From: Elusimicrobia bacterium GWA2_56_46
GTDB lineage: Bacteria > Elusimicrobiota > Elusimicrobia > Elusimicrobiales > UBA9959
Direction: 5' to 3'
NCBI GenBank assembly: GCA_001799575.1
Contig: MGTT01000028.1
Coordinates: forward strand, 79,274-143,273
DNA length: 64,000 nucleotides
Below, one piece after another: positions 8,499 to 18,831 of this stretch (position 1 is its first letter; each line of letters begins with the position of its first letter). The notes beneath the pieces are model-generated. The model worked only from the letters and a program-made list of their open reading frames with translations. It was not told the origin of the DNA and searched no databases. A program made the translations under genes and the position numbers.

Positions 8499-8534
8499 TT
8501 GACTTATATCTCAGCCGTGCAAGGAAAACTAATT

Positions 8535-8888
8535 ATGAAAACCGATATTCATCCCAAATATGTTGTTTCAGAGGTTTCATGCGTCTGCGGGAACGCGTTT
8601 GTAACCCGCTCCACCAGACCCGCCATCAAAGTGGAGGTCTGTTCCGCCTGCCACCCCATGTACACCGGCAAGCAGAAGATGCTTGATACCGCGGGCAGGG
8701 TGGAGAAATTCAATAAGAAATTCTCCGCTACCGGCGGCAAGACGGTGGTACGGAAACCCAAAAAGGCGGCCAGAACCTCCGTGGCTCCCAAGCACGCCAA
8801 AAAGGTGCTTTCCTCCTCCCCAAAAGCCAAGACGGCCAAAGCCGTAAAGGCCGCGGCCAAAGCGGAGAAGAAGCCGGAAACCAAGTAG
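8535..8888 (+). CDS. rpmE: 50S ribosomal protein L31 with a ~45 aa Lys/Ala-rich C-terminal extension.
   Basis: The L31 core is MKTDIHPKY...[11 protein letters not shown]. The tail is [18 protein letters not shown]...[10 protein letters not shown]. Confidence 0.85.
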   Translation: MKTDIHPKYVVSEVSCVCGNAFVTRSTRPAIKVEVCSACHPMYTGKQKMLDTAGRVEKFNKKFSATGGKTVVRKPKKAARTSVAPKHAKKVLSSSPKAKTAKAVKAAAKAEKKPETK

Positions 8889-8904
8889 CGATCCGGATCC
8901 GATG

Positions 8905-8945
8905 AGCAGGCAAATCATGGCGTACATGTTTGCCTGCTTTTAATT
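8905..8945 (+). terminator. Rho-independent terminator downstream of rpmE.
   Basis: The stem agcaggcaaa...tttgcctgct is followed by tttaattt. Confidence 0.6.
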
Positions 8946-8953
8946 TGCGGATT

Positions 8954-10030
8954 ATGCTTGAAAAAGAACTGGAAAAAATAATTTCGGAACTGGCCGAGAC
9001 CGAATCCCGCCTGTCTTCCGGCGGACTTAAACCGGAAGAGATCGAAACCCTTTCACGCAAGCACGCGCGCCTTAAAACCATCCTTGATACCAGGCGGGAG
9101 CTTGAGGCCGCGCGCGCCGAACTCGCCCAGACCCAGAGTATGCTTACCGACACCGACCCCGCCATGGCGGAACTGGCCGGCGCCGAATTGGGCCCGCTCA
9201 AGGCCAAAACCGAAGCGCTCGAGAAAAAAATGGAACTCCTGATCCTGCCCCCGGATCCGCAGGATTCAAAGAACATCTTCCTGGAGATCCGCGCCGGAGT
9301 GGGCGGGGACGAATCCGCCCTGTTCGCGGCGGATCTGCTGAGGATCTACACCAGGTTCGCGGCCGCCATGGGCTGGAAAGCCGAACTGCGCGATCTGAAC
9401 TCCACCGGCCTTAAGGGCATAAAGAACGCGGTGCTGTTCATAGAGGGCGTTAACGCCTTTGCCTGGCTGAAATACGAGGGGGGCGTGCACCGTGTGCAGA
9501 GAGTGCCGCTCACCGAAGCTTCCGGGCGCATCCACACCTCCACCGTTACGGTGGCCATTATGCCCGAGCCGGAAGAGGTGGAGATAAAGATAGAGGCCAA
9601 AGACCTGAAAGTCGACACTTTCCGCGCCGGCGGCGCAGGCGGACAGAACGTCAATAAGGTTGAAACCGCCGTGCGCATCACCCATATTCCAACCGGCACC
9701 ATCACCCAGTGCCAGCAGGAGCGCTCCCAGGGGCAGAACAAGCAGAAAGCCCTTCAGCTCCTGGCGGCCAAGCTGATCCTGGTGGCCGAGGAAACCCAGG
9801 CGGCTTCGCTCGCCGGCGAGCGTAAGAAGCAGGTGGGCACGGGCGGCCGCACCGAAAAGATACGGACATATAATTTCCCGCAGAACCGCGTTACCGACCA
9901 CCGCATTCAGATGTCCTGGTACAACATGGACGAGATCATGGAGGGCGGCATAAAGAGCCTGCTGGAAGACGTTAAACTGAACATGGTTAAAAAAGGGAAC
10001 CTTGCAAACGACGAAGACCTTGCTGACTGA
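8954..10030 (+). CDS. prfA: Peptide chain release factor 1.
   Basis: The GGQ motif ([12 protein letters not shown]) is present and the protein has the RF1 family layout. Confidence 0.92.
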   Translation: MLEKELEKIISELAETESRLSSGGLKPEEIETLSRKHARLKTILDTRRELEAARAELAQTQSMLTDTDPAMAELAGAELGPLKAKTEALEKKMELLILPPDPQDSKNIFLEIRAGVGGDESALFAADLLRIYTRFAAAMGWKAELRDLNSTGLKGIKNAVLFIEGVNAFAWLKYEGGVHRVQRVPLTEASGRIHTSTVTVAIMPEPEEVEIKIEAKDLKVDTFRAGGAGGQNVNKVETAVRITHIPTGTITQCQQERSQGQNKQKALQLLAAKLILVAEETQAASLAGERKKQVGTGGRTEKIRTYNFPQNRVTDHRIQMSWYNMDEIMEGGIKSLLEDVKLNMVKKGNLANDEDLAD

Positions 10031-10856
10031 AGGCGCCAGGCGGCTTGAGGCCGCCGGCATTTCCGAGGCAGCCCTGAACTGTCAGTGGCTGCTGGCGCAT
10101 TTGTTGAAGACCGACAGGCTCTCCATGCTGGCCGACGGCGGGGCCCGCGTGCCGGCCAGGGCCGCGGCGGACTTTGAAAAGTTCGTGTCGCGCAAGGCGG
10201 AGGGAGAGCCCCTCGCTTACATACTCGGCTCCCAGCCTTTCTGCGGCCTGTCGCTTAAAGTGGATCATCGGGTTCTGGTTCCCAGGCCGGAAACCGAAGA
10301 ACTGGTGGGATTGGCCGTGGACTTCATACTTAAGGCGCGCATAGGCGGCGCCCCCGACGTGCTGGATTTCGGGGCCGGCTCCGGCGCTATAGCTTTGGCG
10401 CTGTCCGCCAGGTTTCCGGAGGCAAAGATCGCCGCGGCGGAAAAATCCGCGCGGGCGCTGGCCTGCGCCCGTGAAAACGCGCGCGCGCTCGGCCTGGCGA
10501 ACCGGCTGACTTTTCTGGCGGTGTCTTCCGTAAGCGCCGCCGGCGGCCCTTTCGATCTGATAGTTTCAAATCCGCCGTATATCCCGACGGGCGTTATAGC
10601 CGGGCTGGATAAAGAGGTTCTGGCGGAACCGCGGCTGGCCCTGGACGGCGGCGCCGACGGACTTGCCGTGGCCAGGGAGATAATCGCCCAGGCGCCGCGG
10701 GCGCTGAAAAAACGCGGCGCCCTTTTACTGGAACTGGGAGACACCCAGGGGCCGGCGGCCGTGAAGCTGCTGGACAAAAAGATCTGGAAGACGCGCGAGG
10801 TCGTTAACGACCTTAACGGCAGGCGCCGTTTTGTGCGCGCGGTAAAAGCAGGGTAG
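10002..10856 (+). CDS. prmC: Release factor glutamine N5-methyltransferase (HemK/PrmC).
   Basis: It carries the SAM-binding motif DFGAGSGAI and the NPPY motif. The gene overlaps the prfA 3' end, as is usual for this pair. Confidence 0.85.
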   Translation: MQTTKTLLTEGARRLEAAGISEAALNCQWLLAHLLKTDRLSMLADGGARVPARAAADFEKFVSRKAEGEPLAYILGSQPFCGLSLKVDHRVLVPRPETEELVGLAVDFILKARIGGAPDVLDFGAGSGAIALALSARFPEAKIAAAEKSARALACARENARALGLANRLTFLAVSSVSAAGGPFDLIVSNPPYIPTGVIAGLDKEVLAEPRLALDGGADGLAVAREIIAQAPRALKKRGALLLELGDTQGPAAVKLLDKKIWKTREVVNDLNGRRRFVRAVKAG

Positions 10857-10869
10857 TTATTTTACAAAG

Positions 10870-10945
10870 CTGTCATTCCGGCAATCTGGCCGGGATCCAT
10901 TGAGAAAAACTTATGGATTCCCGCCAACAGCTGCGGGAATGACAG
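10870..10945. mobile_element. MITE-like miniature inverted-repeat element, copy 1. The termini are CTGTCATTCC / GGAATGACAG.
   Basis: ctgtcattccggcaatctggccgggatccattgagaaaaacttatggattcccgccaacagctgcgggaatgacag. The reverse complement aligns with 42405-42531. Confidence 0.7.
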
Positions 10946-10968
10946 ACAGCAGGGAGTAAATTTCATCT

Positions 10969-12225
10969 ATGGACAATTTTGTCATACAGGGCGGCGGGAA
11001 GCTGGCCGGCGAGATAAGGGTAAGCGGCTCCAAAAACTCGGCCCTGCCTATACTTGCCGCCACTATGCTGACCGGAGAAAAATCCGAGATCTCCAACGTC
11101 CCCGACCTGATGGACATTAGATCCACTCTCTCGCTTTTAAACTACATGGGCAAGACCTGTTCTTTCGGGTCAAATAACTTTACGGTACGGGAGACGTCCG
11201 TTCTCAAACATCACGCGCCGTACGAGCTGGTACGGAAAATGCGCGCCTCAATGCTGGTCGCCGGGCCGCTGCTCGCCCGCTTTAAAAAAGTCCGGTTCTC
11301 GCTGCCCGGGGGCTGTTCCATAGGCGTGCGCCCTATAGACATCCACCTGGAGGCTTTTAAAAAGCTGGGGGCCGAAGTGTTTTATGAGAAGGGCGACGTC
11401 ATACTGACCGCCGCGAAGCTCCGTCCCGCGCGTCTCAGGTTCCGTTTCCCGAGCGTGGGCGCGACCGAAAACCTTATGATGTGCGCTTCACTGGTCAAAG
11501 GATCCACCGTGCTGGAGAACTGCGCCCGCGAGCCGGAAATAGCGGATCTGGCTCGCGCGCTGAGGAAAATGGGCGCTTTCGTGGAAGGCGAAGGTACCTC
11601 CATAATTAAGATCTCCGGCGCGGAAGAACTGAAAGGTCTGAAGTACGAGGTGATGCCGGACAGGATAGAAACCGGCACTTTCATGCTTGTCGCGGCCGCC
11701 GCCGGCGGTACGCTGAAACTATCGGATACCGATATAGCCCTTGTGGAACCTCTGGCCCGCGCTTTGAAGAAAGCCGGGGTGGAGATCGTTTCCGGCAAAA
11801 ACACGATTCTAGTAAACTCATCCGGCGGACGCCCGCGGCCGGTGAACGTGGCCACCAAACCGCATCCGGGTTTCCCGACCGATCTGCAGGCGCCGTGGAT
11901 GGCTTTCATGGCGCGCGTCGATGGAAAGTGCGAGGTGCACGAGGCCATATTCGAGAACAGATTTATGCACGCGGCCGAACTTATGCGCATGGGCGCGGAG
12001 ATCATGGTCACGGATCGCAAGGCGGTGATAAAGGGCGTTGAGCGCCTTCTGGGCGCGCCGGTCATGGCTTCGGATATCCGGGCCGGCGCGGCGCTGATAG
12101 TCGCCGCGGCCGCCGCTAAGGGCGAAACCGTTATAAGAAGGGTGTATCACATAGACCGGGGCTACGAAAAAATAGAAGCCAAACTCCGCCGGGCCGGGTT
12201 AAGGATAGAACGGGTCAAAGCGTAA
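10969..12225 (+). CDS. murA: UDP-N-acetylglucosamine 1-carboxyvinyltransferase.
   Basis: The MurA family N-terminus and EPSP-synthase fold are recognisable, and the active-site Cys region is present. Confidence 0.92.
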   Translation: MDNFVIQGGGKLAGEIRVSGSKNSALPILAATMLTGEKSEISNVPDLMDIRSTLSLLNYMGKTCSFGSNNFTVRETSVLKHHAPYELVRKMRASMLVAGPLLARFKKVRFSLPGGCSIGVRPIDIHLEAFKKLGAEVFYEKGDVILTAAKLRPARLRFRFPSVGATENLMMCASLVKGSTVLENCAREPEIADLARALRKMGAFVEGEGTSIIKISGAEELKGLKYEVMPDRIETGTFMLVAAAAGGTLKLSDTDIALVEPLARALKKAGVEIVSGKNTILVNSSGGRPRPVNVATKPHPGFPTDLQAPWMAFMARVDGKCEVHEAIFENRFMHAAELMRMGAEIMVTDRKAVIKGVERLLGAPVMASDIRAGAALIVAAAAAKGETVIRRVYHIDRGYEKIEAKLRRAGLRIERVKA

Positions 12226-12314
12226 CTGGATTCAAGATTGCGGAGTGGTTTTTTTCTTAATCTTAAATCTGGAATCTTAAATCCGGAATCCGGCCGGATT
12301 TTGAATTTACTTTT

Positions 12315-13640
12315 ATGACTTTTAAACAGGCGTCCGAAATCTTGACGGCGCGGAATAACTTCGTGAAAAAGGACGTAGGGGAAACCGCTTATGCGGTTTC
12401 CACCTGTGGTTCAATCCCCGGGAAGGGGTACCGCCTGGAAAGGGTCTATGCGGCTCTTGGCAAGCTGGGGAATCCGCACGAAAAGATCCGGGCGGTGCAT
12501 GTGACGGGCACCAACGGCAAGGGCTCGGTCTGCGCGCTTTTCGATTCCGTGCTGCGGGCGGCCGGCTACAGAACCGGGCTCTTTATCAGCCCCCATCTGT
12601 CGAAGCTTACGGAACGCATAAAGATCGACGGCGGCGAGATAAGCGAAAATGAATTTGCCGCGTTATTGGAAGAGGTGTTAAAAGCCGGTCCGGATCTGAG
12701 TTTTTTTGAACTTTTGACCTGCATGGCTTTTCTTTATTTCGAGCGCGGCGGAACCGATATCGCGGTCATCGAAGTCGGCATAGGCGGGCGCTTTGACGCC
12801 ACCAATGTCCTGCCCCGGCCGGAGCTGGCCGTCATAACTTCGGTGGATTACGACCACGAAAAATACCTGGGCGGCGAGATCAAAGAGATCGCGGGGCAGA
12901 AAGCCGGCATTATAAAACGCGGCGGTATCTGTCTGGCGCCTCTTTTGCCCGAAGCCGCCCGCGGCCCGATCCTGCGGGAAGCGGCCGGGATGTCGGCGCA
13001 GGCGCATTTTTTCGCGCCTGTTTTTGAGATCACCGGCCATGACTGGACGCGCGGCCTGATGAAATTACGGCATAAGAAGACCGGTATGGAGTTGGAATTA
13101 GGGCTCCTGGGGGAAGCGCAGGTTTCCAACGCCACGCTGGTATACGAGGGGGCGGCCGTTCTGGCCGGCTCCGGCTTTAAAATAAGCGGGGAGCATCTCG
13201 CGGCGGGGTTCGCGCGCGTGAACTGGCCGGGCCGTTTCCAGATCCTTAACCGGGGCGGGGTCGTTTATATTCTGGACGGCGCGCATAATCCGGAGGCGGT
13301 AAGGGCTTTCGCCGCGACTTTTGAAAAATCCCCTTTCAAGGATAAGGACGCGGTGTTCGTGGCGGGTTTTCTCAACGACAAGGATCACGCGGCCATCCTG
13401 GGGACGCTGGCAGCCTGCGCCGCGAAAGCGGTGTTCACCAGGCCGCCTTCCCCGAGGGCGCTGGATCCATACGCGCTGGCTGATGAGTTTTGCGGCCTGC
13501 GGCCCGGCGCCGAGATAGAAGTTCAGGAAGATATAGAAGCGGCTCTCGCGGCCGGAGCGCGGACGGGAACGGCGGTGGTGCTTGGGTCTTTTTACCTGGT
13601 CGGCGCGGCGCTGGAGATTTTAAAAAAGGAGCGTTTATGA
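12315..13640 (+). CDS. folC: Folylpolyglutamate synthase / dihydrofolate synthase.
   Basis: The P-loop HVTGTNGKGS is present and the protein has Mur-ligase-family architecture. Confidence 0.85.
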   Translation: MTFKQASEILTARNNFVKKDVGETAYAVSTCGSIPGKGYRLERVYAALGKLGNPHEKIRAVHVTGTNGKGSVCALFDSVLRAAGYRTGLFISPHLSKLTERIKIDGGEISENEFAALLEEVLKAGPDLSFFELLTCMAFLYFERGGTDIAVIEVGIGGRFDATNVLPRPELAVITSVDYDHEKYLGGEIKEIAGQKAGIIKRGGICLAPLLPEAARGPILREAAGMSAQAHFFAPVFEITGHDWTRGLMKLRHKKTGMELELGLLGEAQVSNATLVYEGAAVLAGSGFKISGEHLAAGFARVNWPGRFQILNRGGVVYILDGAHNPEAVRAFAATFEKSPFKDKDAVFVAGFLNDKDHAAILGTLAACAAKAVFTRPPSPRALDPYALADEFCGLRPGAEIEVQEDIEAALAAGARTGTAVVLGSFYLVGAALEILKKERL

Positions 13641-14587
13641 AAGGTATCGGCATAGATATAGGCGGGACCAATACCAAGCTTATAGTCATGGACGACAGGA
13701 ACACGCTCCTGCACGCGGAAAGGTTCCATACCATGGCCGCGCGCGGCCGGGCCGATTTCACCCGGAGGCTGGCGGCGGCGGTCAAAAGGCTTAAAAAAGC
13801 GTGGGATCCGGTTTCCATCGGTATAGGCGCGGCGGGCGATGTAGACCCCGATAAAGGACTGATCCGCTTTTCCCCGAACCTGGCCGGGTGGCGCGGCGTC
13901 AGTCTGACGCGCCCTCTTGAAAAGGCCGCTGGTCTGCCTTGCGTGCTGGAAAATGACGCCAATATGGCCGCCTGGGGCGCTTACGAACTGGAACTTAAAA
14001 GGAAATACAGGAACGTCATCGCCGTGACCATGGGCACGGGCATAGGCTGCGGCATCATAATGGAGGGAAAACTTTATCACGGCGCGAACGGTTCGGCCGG
14101 GGAACTGGGGCACAGCAAACTGGACCGTTCGGGGGAGAGGTGCCATTGCGGCGGCAAAGGCTGCCTGGAGGCATACTGCGGCAGCTATGCCATAATGCGC
14201 GCGGCCCGGCGCGGGATAAAGGATCCGGGCGCTTTCACCGCCGCCTATTCGGAGCCCGGACGAAAAAAATTCAACACCATCTGTCTCACCAGGGCGGCCG
14301 ACCGGGGGCACAGGGCCGCGTGCGGGATCTGGCGGGATGTCGGAGAAAATCTGGGCCGCGGACTGGCCGGCGCCATACTGTTTTTTAATCCGGACTGCGT
14401 CGTGCTGACCGGCGGAGTTTCCAGGGCTTCCCGGCATTTTCTGGATCCGGTCAGGAAAGTTTTCTCCTCCCAGCAGATAAAGACGCCTTTCGCGCGATTA
14501 AAGCTGGTGGTGGCCGGGAACGCCGATCTGGGCGTTTACGGCGCGGCGCTGCTGGGGATGGACAATTTTTTACGCGGCAAAAAATAA
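13637..14587 (+). CDS. ROK family sugar kinase (glucokinase-like).
   Basis: IGIDIGGTNTKL, the ROK signature with the CxCGxxGCxE zinc motif, and the ATG overlapping the folC stop. Confidence 0.8.
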   Translation: MKGIGIDIGGTNTKLIVMDDRNTLLHAERFHTMAARGRADFTRRLAAAVKRLKKAWDPVSIGIGAAGDVDPDKGLIRFSPNLAGWRGVSLTRPLEKAAGLPCVLENDANMAAWGAYELELKRKYRNVIAVTMGTGIGCGIIMEGKLYHGANGSAGELGHSKLDRSGERCHCGGKGCLEAYCGSYAIMRAARRGIKDPGAFTAAYSEPGRKKFNTICLTRAADRGHRAACGIWRDVGENLGRGLAGAILFFNPDCVVLTGGVSRASRHFLDPVRKVFSSQQIKTPFARLKLVVAGNADLGVYGAALLGMDNFLRGKK

Positions 14588-14591
14588 ATTG

Positions 14592-16670
14592 ATGCGAATC
14601 ACGAATCTCGTTGTAATGATTGTTGCCTTATGCGCCGCGGCGGCGCGGGCATACGACCTGCCTTCGTCCACCGGCACGCACAGGATAGTGTTCTCCTCGG
14701 ATCAGGGCGATTTCAACGAGAATACCCGCATCATAAATCTTCAGGGCAACGTGCAGCTGGACGAGCTGGGCCCGGACGAAAAGCTGGTGAAAACCATCAA
14801 GGCCAGACGCCTGACGGTAAAGTCCTCCAGCAATACGGTCTACGCCCCGGAGGATTTTGTGATGAACAACGCTTCCGGAACCGTCTATGGCAAAAGCGGG
14901 GTTTTCGACTACGCTTCCAATACCGGCTATATAAATTACGGCCGGTTCGCTTATCAGGATTTTTTCTTCTCCGGTAAAAAAGTGGAACTGGATCCGCAGC
15001 GCTATCTTTACAAAAAGGCCGAGATCACTTCCTGCGACGAGACGCCGCCGCATTTCAAGATAAAATCCTCCCGGATCTATCTCGCTCCCGGTAAATACTT
15101 CCTGGCTTACAATAACTTTTTTTACCTGGGCCGGCTGCCGATCTTCTATTTCCCGGTGCTGTACAAGCCGCTGATCGGGGGGACGCCGTTCGTGAGCAGT
15201 TTCTACCCCGGTTACGATGAGCGCAGCGGGTTCTACATCAAATCCAACTACGCCTACAGGTTCAATTCCAGCGTGAGGGGGAAACTGTACCTGGATTATT
15301 TCACCAAGCTGGGCTTCGGCACAGGCGGCGAGGTGGATTATAACAAACCGGAAAAGACCATCTCGAATCTTTCCGTCTACCGCATCCGCGAGGCTGACAC
15401 GAAGAAAGAACGCTGGGGGCTTAACGGCGGTTTCTGGCACAGGCTCAACCGGTTCAGCGAGAGCGATAACGCCGCCTATTACGCCCAGTCCGCCTACCGC
15501 CTGCTTTCGGATCCGGAATTCAACAACGATTATTTCAGAACCAACCCTTTTGCCATAAGCCCGGACAAGCAGGCCAGCCTGGCTTTTACCCGGGCCTCCA
15601 ACACCACGGTCACCAGGGTAAGCGCTTCCACCAAATACTACCGCGCCGGCGACCGTAACGGTTTTTACAAGGCCTATGAATCCGCTCCGCGGGTTGATTT
15701 TCAGAAAATGCCGTTCGCCATAGGCAAGCTCCCCGTCCTCCACTCTTTCAGCGGATTTTTTGAGAGCGCCAAGGAAGTCGGCCTGCCGTATTACCAGCGC
15801 AAAGGCGCCGGTACCTGGACTGTTTCCCGGACGGTGCCGCTGACGCGCGGCCTCACGCTGCTCCCTTCGGTATTCTACAATCAGTCGCTTTTCATCGCCA
15901 CCAGCGCCCAGACCACCAACCAGTGGATAGGGCGCTACGGCACAAACGTGAATATGCGCTACGAGCGTCTCCTGGGCTCGCTGGATCTGAGCTACGCCTA
16001 CCAGGCGCGCATGGTAGTGAACCGCTTAGGCCGGGACCGGCTCGCGGCGGACAAAGGCGAGGAAGTAAAGTCCCTGTTCTCCCAGCTTTTTATCGCACCC
16101 GCTTACAACACTTACTTTAAGGCGTTCACCACCTACGATCTTCGCGACGGAGTGGGGGGGAGCCTGTCAAAGCGCCTCGCGCCGGTGAACCTGGAGCTTT
16201 ACCACGCGCCCAGAAAAAATCTGAACGTCTATTTGCAGGACTCTTATAAATTCGGCCAGGGGAACGAGAGTCTGGTGACGCAGCTCTACTCGGGGGACGA
16301 AAAAAATTACTTCGGCCTGGGTTTGGCTAATTACAGCAGCGAGCCCAACACCTATGTCGTGAACCAGATGATGGGCTTCCGGATGCCGTGGGCGCCGTCC
16401 TGGCGGGCCGAAGGCGTGCTGCGCTACAAGATAGTCCGGTTCGCCGGCCCGGAAGACAGGGGTTTTGTTTTTTTTGAAAAGGGCCTGACGCTGCACAAGA
16501 ATTTCCACGATTTCCATACAAGCTGGTTTTTCAAGGTACGGAAGGACGTGAAAGAATTTTTCTTCCTGGTAAGTCTGAAAATGAACGACCGGGGCAAGCG
16601 CGACGCGTTTGAGGACGTCTCCAGGAATTACTGGCACCCCTGGCGCAAAGAGGGGGATTTAAGGGACTGA
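14592..16670 (+). CDS. lptD: LPS-assembly outer-membrane protein LptD-like (OstA N-terminal domain plus beta-barrel).
   Basis: There is a signal peptide and an OstA-like N-terminal region. The remainder is aromatic-rich, beta-strand-rich barrel sequence, and the length is 690 aa. Confidence 0.65.
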   Translation: MRITNLVVMIVALCAAAARAYDLPSSTGTHRIVFSSDQGDFNENTRIINLQGNVQLDELGPDEKLVKTIKARRLTVKSSSNTVYAPEDFVMNNASGTVYGKSGVFDYASNTGYINYGRFAYQDFFFSGKKVELDPQRYLYKKAEITSCDETPPHFKIKSSRIYLAPGKYFLAYNNFFYLGRLPIFYFPVLYKPLIGGTPFVSSFYPGYDERSGFYIKSNYAYRFNSSVRGKLYLDYFTKLGFGTGGEVDYNKPEKTISNLSVYRIREADTKKERWGLNGGFWHRLNRFSESDNAAYYAQSAYRLLSDPEFNNDYFRTNPFAISPDKQASLAFTRASNTTVTRVSASTKYYRAGDRNGFYKAYESAPRVDFQKMPFAIGKLPVLHSFSGFFESAKEVGLPYYQRKGAGTWTVSRTVPLTRGLTLLPSVFYNQSLFIATSAQTTNQWIGRYGTNVNMRYERLLGSLDLSYAYQARMVVNRLGRDRLAADKGEEVKSLFSQLFIAPAYNTYFKAFTTYDLRDGVGGSLSKRLAPVNLELYHAPRKNLNVYLQDSYKFGQGNESLVTQLYSGDEKNYFGLGLANYSSEPNTYVVNQMMGFRMPWAPSWRAEGVLRYKIVRFAGPEDRGFVFFEKGLTLHKNFHDFHTSWFFKVRKDVKEFFFLVSLKMNDRGKRDAFEDVSRNYWHPWRKEGDLRD

Positions 16671-16737
16671 CGCTCCGTTCCGGCGGTTTTTTGATTTTTT
16701 CAAAAATGGTAAACTATAAGCGTACCGGGGAATTTAC

Positions 16738-17694
16738 ATGAAAAAACCTGTGTGGTTAGTGACCGGCGGGGCCGGCTTTATAGGCTCCAATATAGTGGAG
16801 GAACTGCTGCGCAGACGCTGCCGCGTGCGCGTCTTTGACAATTTTTCAACCGGCAAGAAAGAAAACCTGGAACCTTTCGCCGGTGAATTCGAGCTGGTGA
16901 AAGGCGACTTGCGCGACCCTAAACACCTGGTTAAGGCGATGAAAGGCGTTGCCTATGTGCTGCACCAGGCGGCTTTCCGGTCCGTGCCCAAGTCAGTGGA
17001 TAACCCGCGCGCGGCCCATGACAACAATGCCACGGGCACGCTCAACGCTCTTATGGCGGCTAGGGCGGCGGGGGTCAAGCGGTTCGTTTACGCCGCCACC
17101 AGTTCCGCTTACGGCGACTGTCCGATATTCCCTCAGAAAGAAACCCTTCCCACGGCTCCCATCTCGCCCTATGCCGTGAGCAAACTGGCCGGAGAGCATT
17201 ACTGCCGCGTATTCGCCAAAACTTACGGGCTTGAGACGGTGGCGCTGCGTTATTTTAATGTTTTCGGACCCAGGCAGAATCCGGAGGCTGTCTATTCGGC
17301 GGTCATCCCGCGCTTTATGGAACTGGTTATGCAGGGCAAGGCGCTTGAAATACACTGGGACGGCAGACAGTCGCGTGACTTTACGTTCGTGTCCAATGTG
17401 GTGGACGGCAATATCCGGGCGGCCCTGGCGCCGTCCAGGGTTTCCGGCCTGACCATAAATGTGGCCACCGGCACCAATATTTCACTTCTGGATATAGCGC
17501 GTGAACTTGAAAAAATAACCGGGCGCAGGATAGAAAAAACATTTTCCCCGAAGCGCCAGGGCGACATCCGTAAAACCTACTCCGACATCTCGCGCGCCCG
17601 CAGGGAGCTGGGATATAAGCCGCTGGTGAAGTTTCCGGAAGGACTCAGGTTTACCTGGGATTATTTTTCAGCTAAATTCAGGGGGGTAAAATGA
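16738..17694 (+). CDS. NAD-dependent epimerase/dehydratase (extended SDR; UDP-sugar 4-epimerase-like).
   Basis: The Rossmann motif TGGAGFIGS and the YxxxK catalytic pair are present. Confidence 0.85.
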   Translation: MKKPVWLVTGGAGFIGSNIVEELLRRRCRVRVFDNFSTGKKENLEPFAGEFELVKGDLRDPKHLVKAMKGVAYVLHQAAFRSVPKSVDNPRAAHDNNATGTLNALMAARAAGVKRFVYAATSSAYGDCPIFPQKETLPTAPISPYAVSKLAGEHYCRVFAKTYGLETVALRYFNVFGPRQNPEAVYSAVIPRFMELVMQGKALEIHWDGRQSRDFTFVSNVVDGNIRAALAPSRVSGLTINVATGTNISLLDIARELEKITGRRIEKTFSPKRQGDIRKTYSDISRARRELGYKPLVKFPEGLRFTWDYFSAKFRGVK

Positions 17695-18254
17695 TCTTTA
17701 ACGTCTCGAATTCTTCCGGCTGGATAGAGGTGGTCTGCGGGAGTATGTTCTCCGGCAAGACCCAGGAACTTATAAGGCGTCTGCGGCTTGCCAGTATCGC
17801 CAGACAGAAAGTGCAGGTTTTCAACTCGCATCTGGATGTGCGGTACGGCAAGGAACATCTCGTTTCCCACGACAAATCCATGCTTCCCTCCCGTCCCGTA
17901 AAGACGGCCAGGGACATCCTCAAAGAGGTGGATCACGACACCCAGGTTGTGGGCATAGACGAGGCGCATTTTTTCAAAGAGGATATAGTGGAGGTCTGCC
18001 AGAAGCTGGCTAACTCCGGGAAGCGCGTGATAGCGGCGGGCCTGGATCAGGATTACCGCGGGGAGCCTTTCGTTAATATGGCCAGCCTGATGGCGATTTC
18101 CGAGTTCGTCACAAAGAACCTCGCCATCTGCATGGTCTGCGGCAACCCGGCGCATTTCAGCCAGCGCCTTACCGACAGCTCCAGGCGCATAGAGGTCGGC
18201 GCCGCGGACAAGTATGAGGCGCGCTGCCGCAAATGCTTCACGCCGGAGAAGTAG
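17691..18254 (+). CDS. tdk: Thymidine kinase.
   Basis: The P-loop GSMFSGKT, the C-terminal zinc ribbon CxxC...CxxC and the ~190 aa size fit Tdk. Confidence 0.88.
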   Translation: MIFNVSNSSGWIEVVCGSMFSGKTQELIRRLRLASIARQKVQVFNSHLDVRYGKEHLVSHDKSMLPSRPVKTARDILKEVDHDTQVVGIDEAHFFKEDIVEVCQKLANSGKRVIAAGLDQDYRGEPFVNMASLMAISEFVTKNLAICMVCGNPAHFSQRLTDSSRRIEVGAADKYEARCRKCFTPEK

Positions 18255-18255
18255 C

Positions 18256-18753
18256 ATGTACCGTTCCGACAAGTCCAATGAGCCCATGCTTTTCCCCAGG
18301 CTTTTTCACCTCGGGGCCAGGCTGGACTATTCCAACCGCTGGCTGAAACTGGCCGAGGCCATGCCGTGGGAAAAACTGGACGAACTGTACGGGAAATATT
18401 TCGCGAAGAATTCCGGCCGCCCCGCCAAAGACTCCCGGCTCATAACGGGGCTTTTGACGGTGAAGCTGGTGAAGAATCTTTCAGACGAGGAAGCCGTTAG
18501 GGAATTCATGGAGAGTCCCTACATCCAGGCTTTCTGCGGCGCCGAATATTTCTCCGTGGAAGACGTCCTCAGTCCAAGCGTCCTCTCGGAACGCCGCAAG
18601 CGTCTCGGCGAGGATTTCTTCTCTTTCTTCGATTCGGAAGTAGTCCGCCTCCTCAAAGATTCAAAAGCCTTCCGCCTTAAATCCGTCAAAGACCCCGGAA
18701 ACGCCGGTCTGATCGCCCGTCTAATAACCGCAATAAAAAACATATTCGGTTGA
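18256..18753 (+). pseudogene. Transposase N-terminal fragment (DUF772 domain of IS5/IS1182-type transposases), truncated and lacking the DDE domain.
   Basis: SRLITGLLTVKLVKNLSDEEAVREFMESPYIQAFCG matches the conserved transposase N-terminal domain. The ORF stops after ~165 aa, and the next gene is on the other strand. Confidence 0.6.
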
Positions 18754-18831
18754 TTCCCGATATAAGGTAACGCCGGGCTGGTTGGCTTTGGGTTATGCTT
18801 CGCTATCCTGCGGTTCTATACCCAAAGCTGT

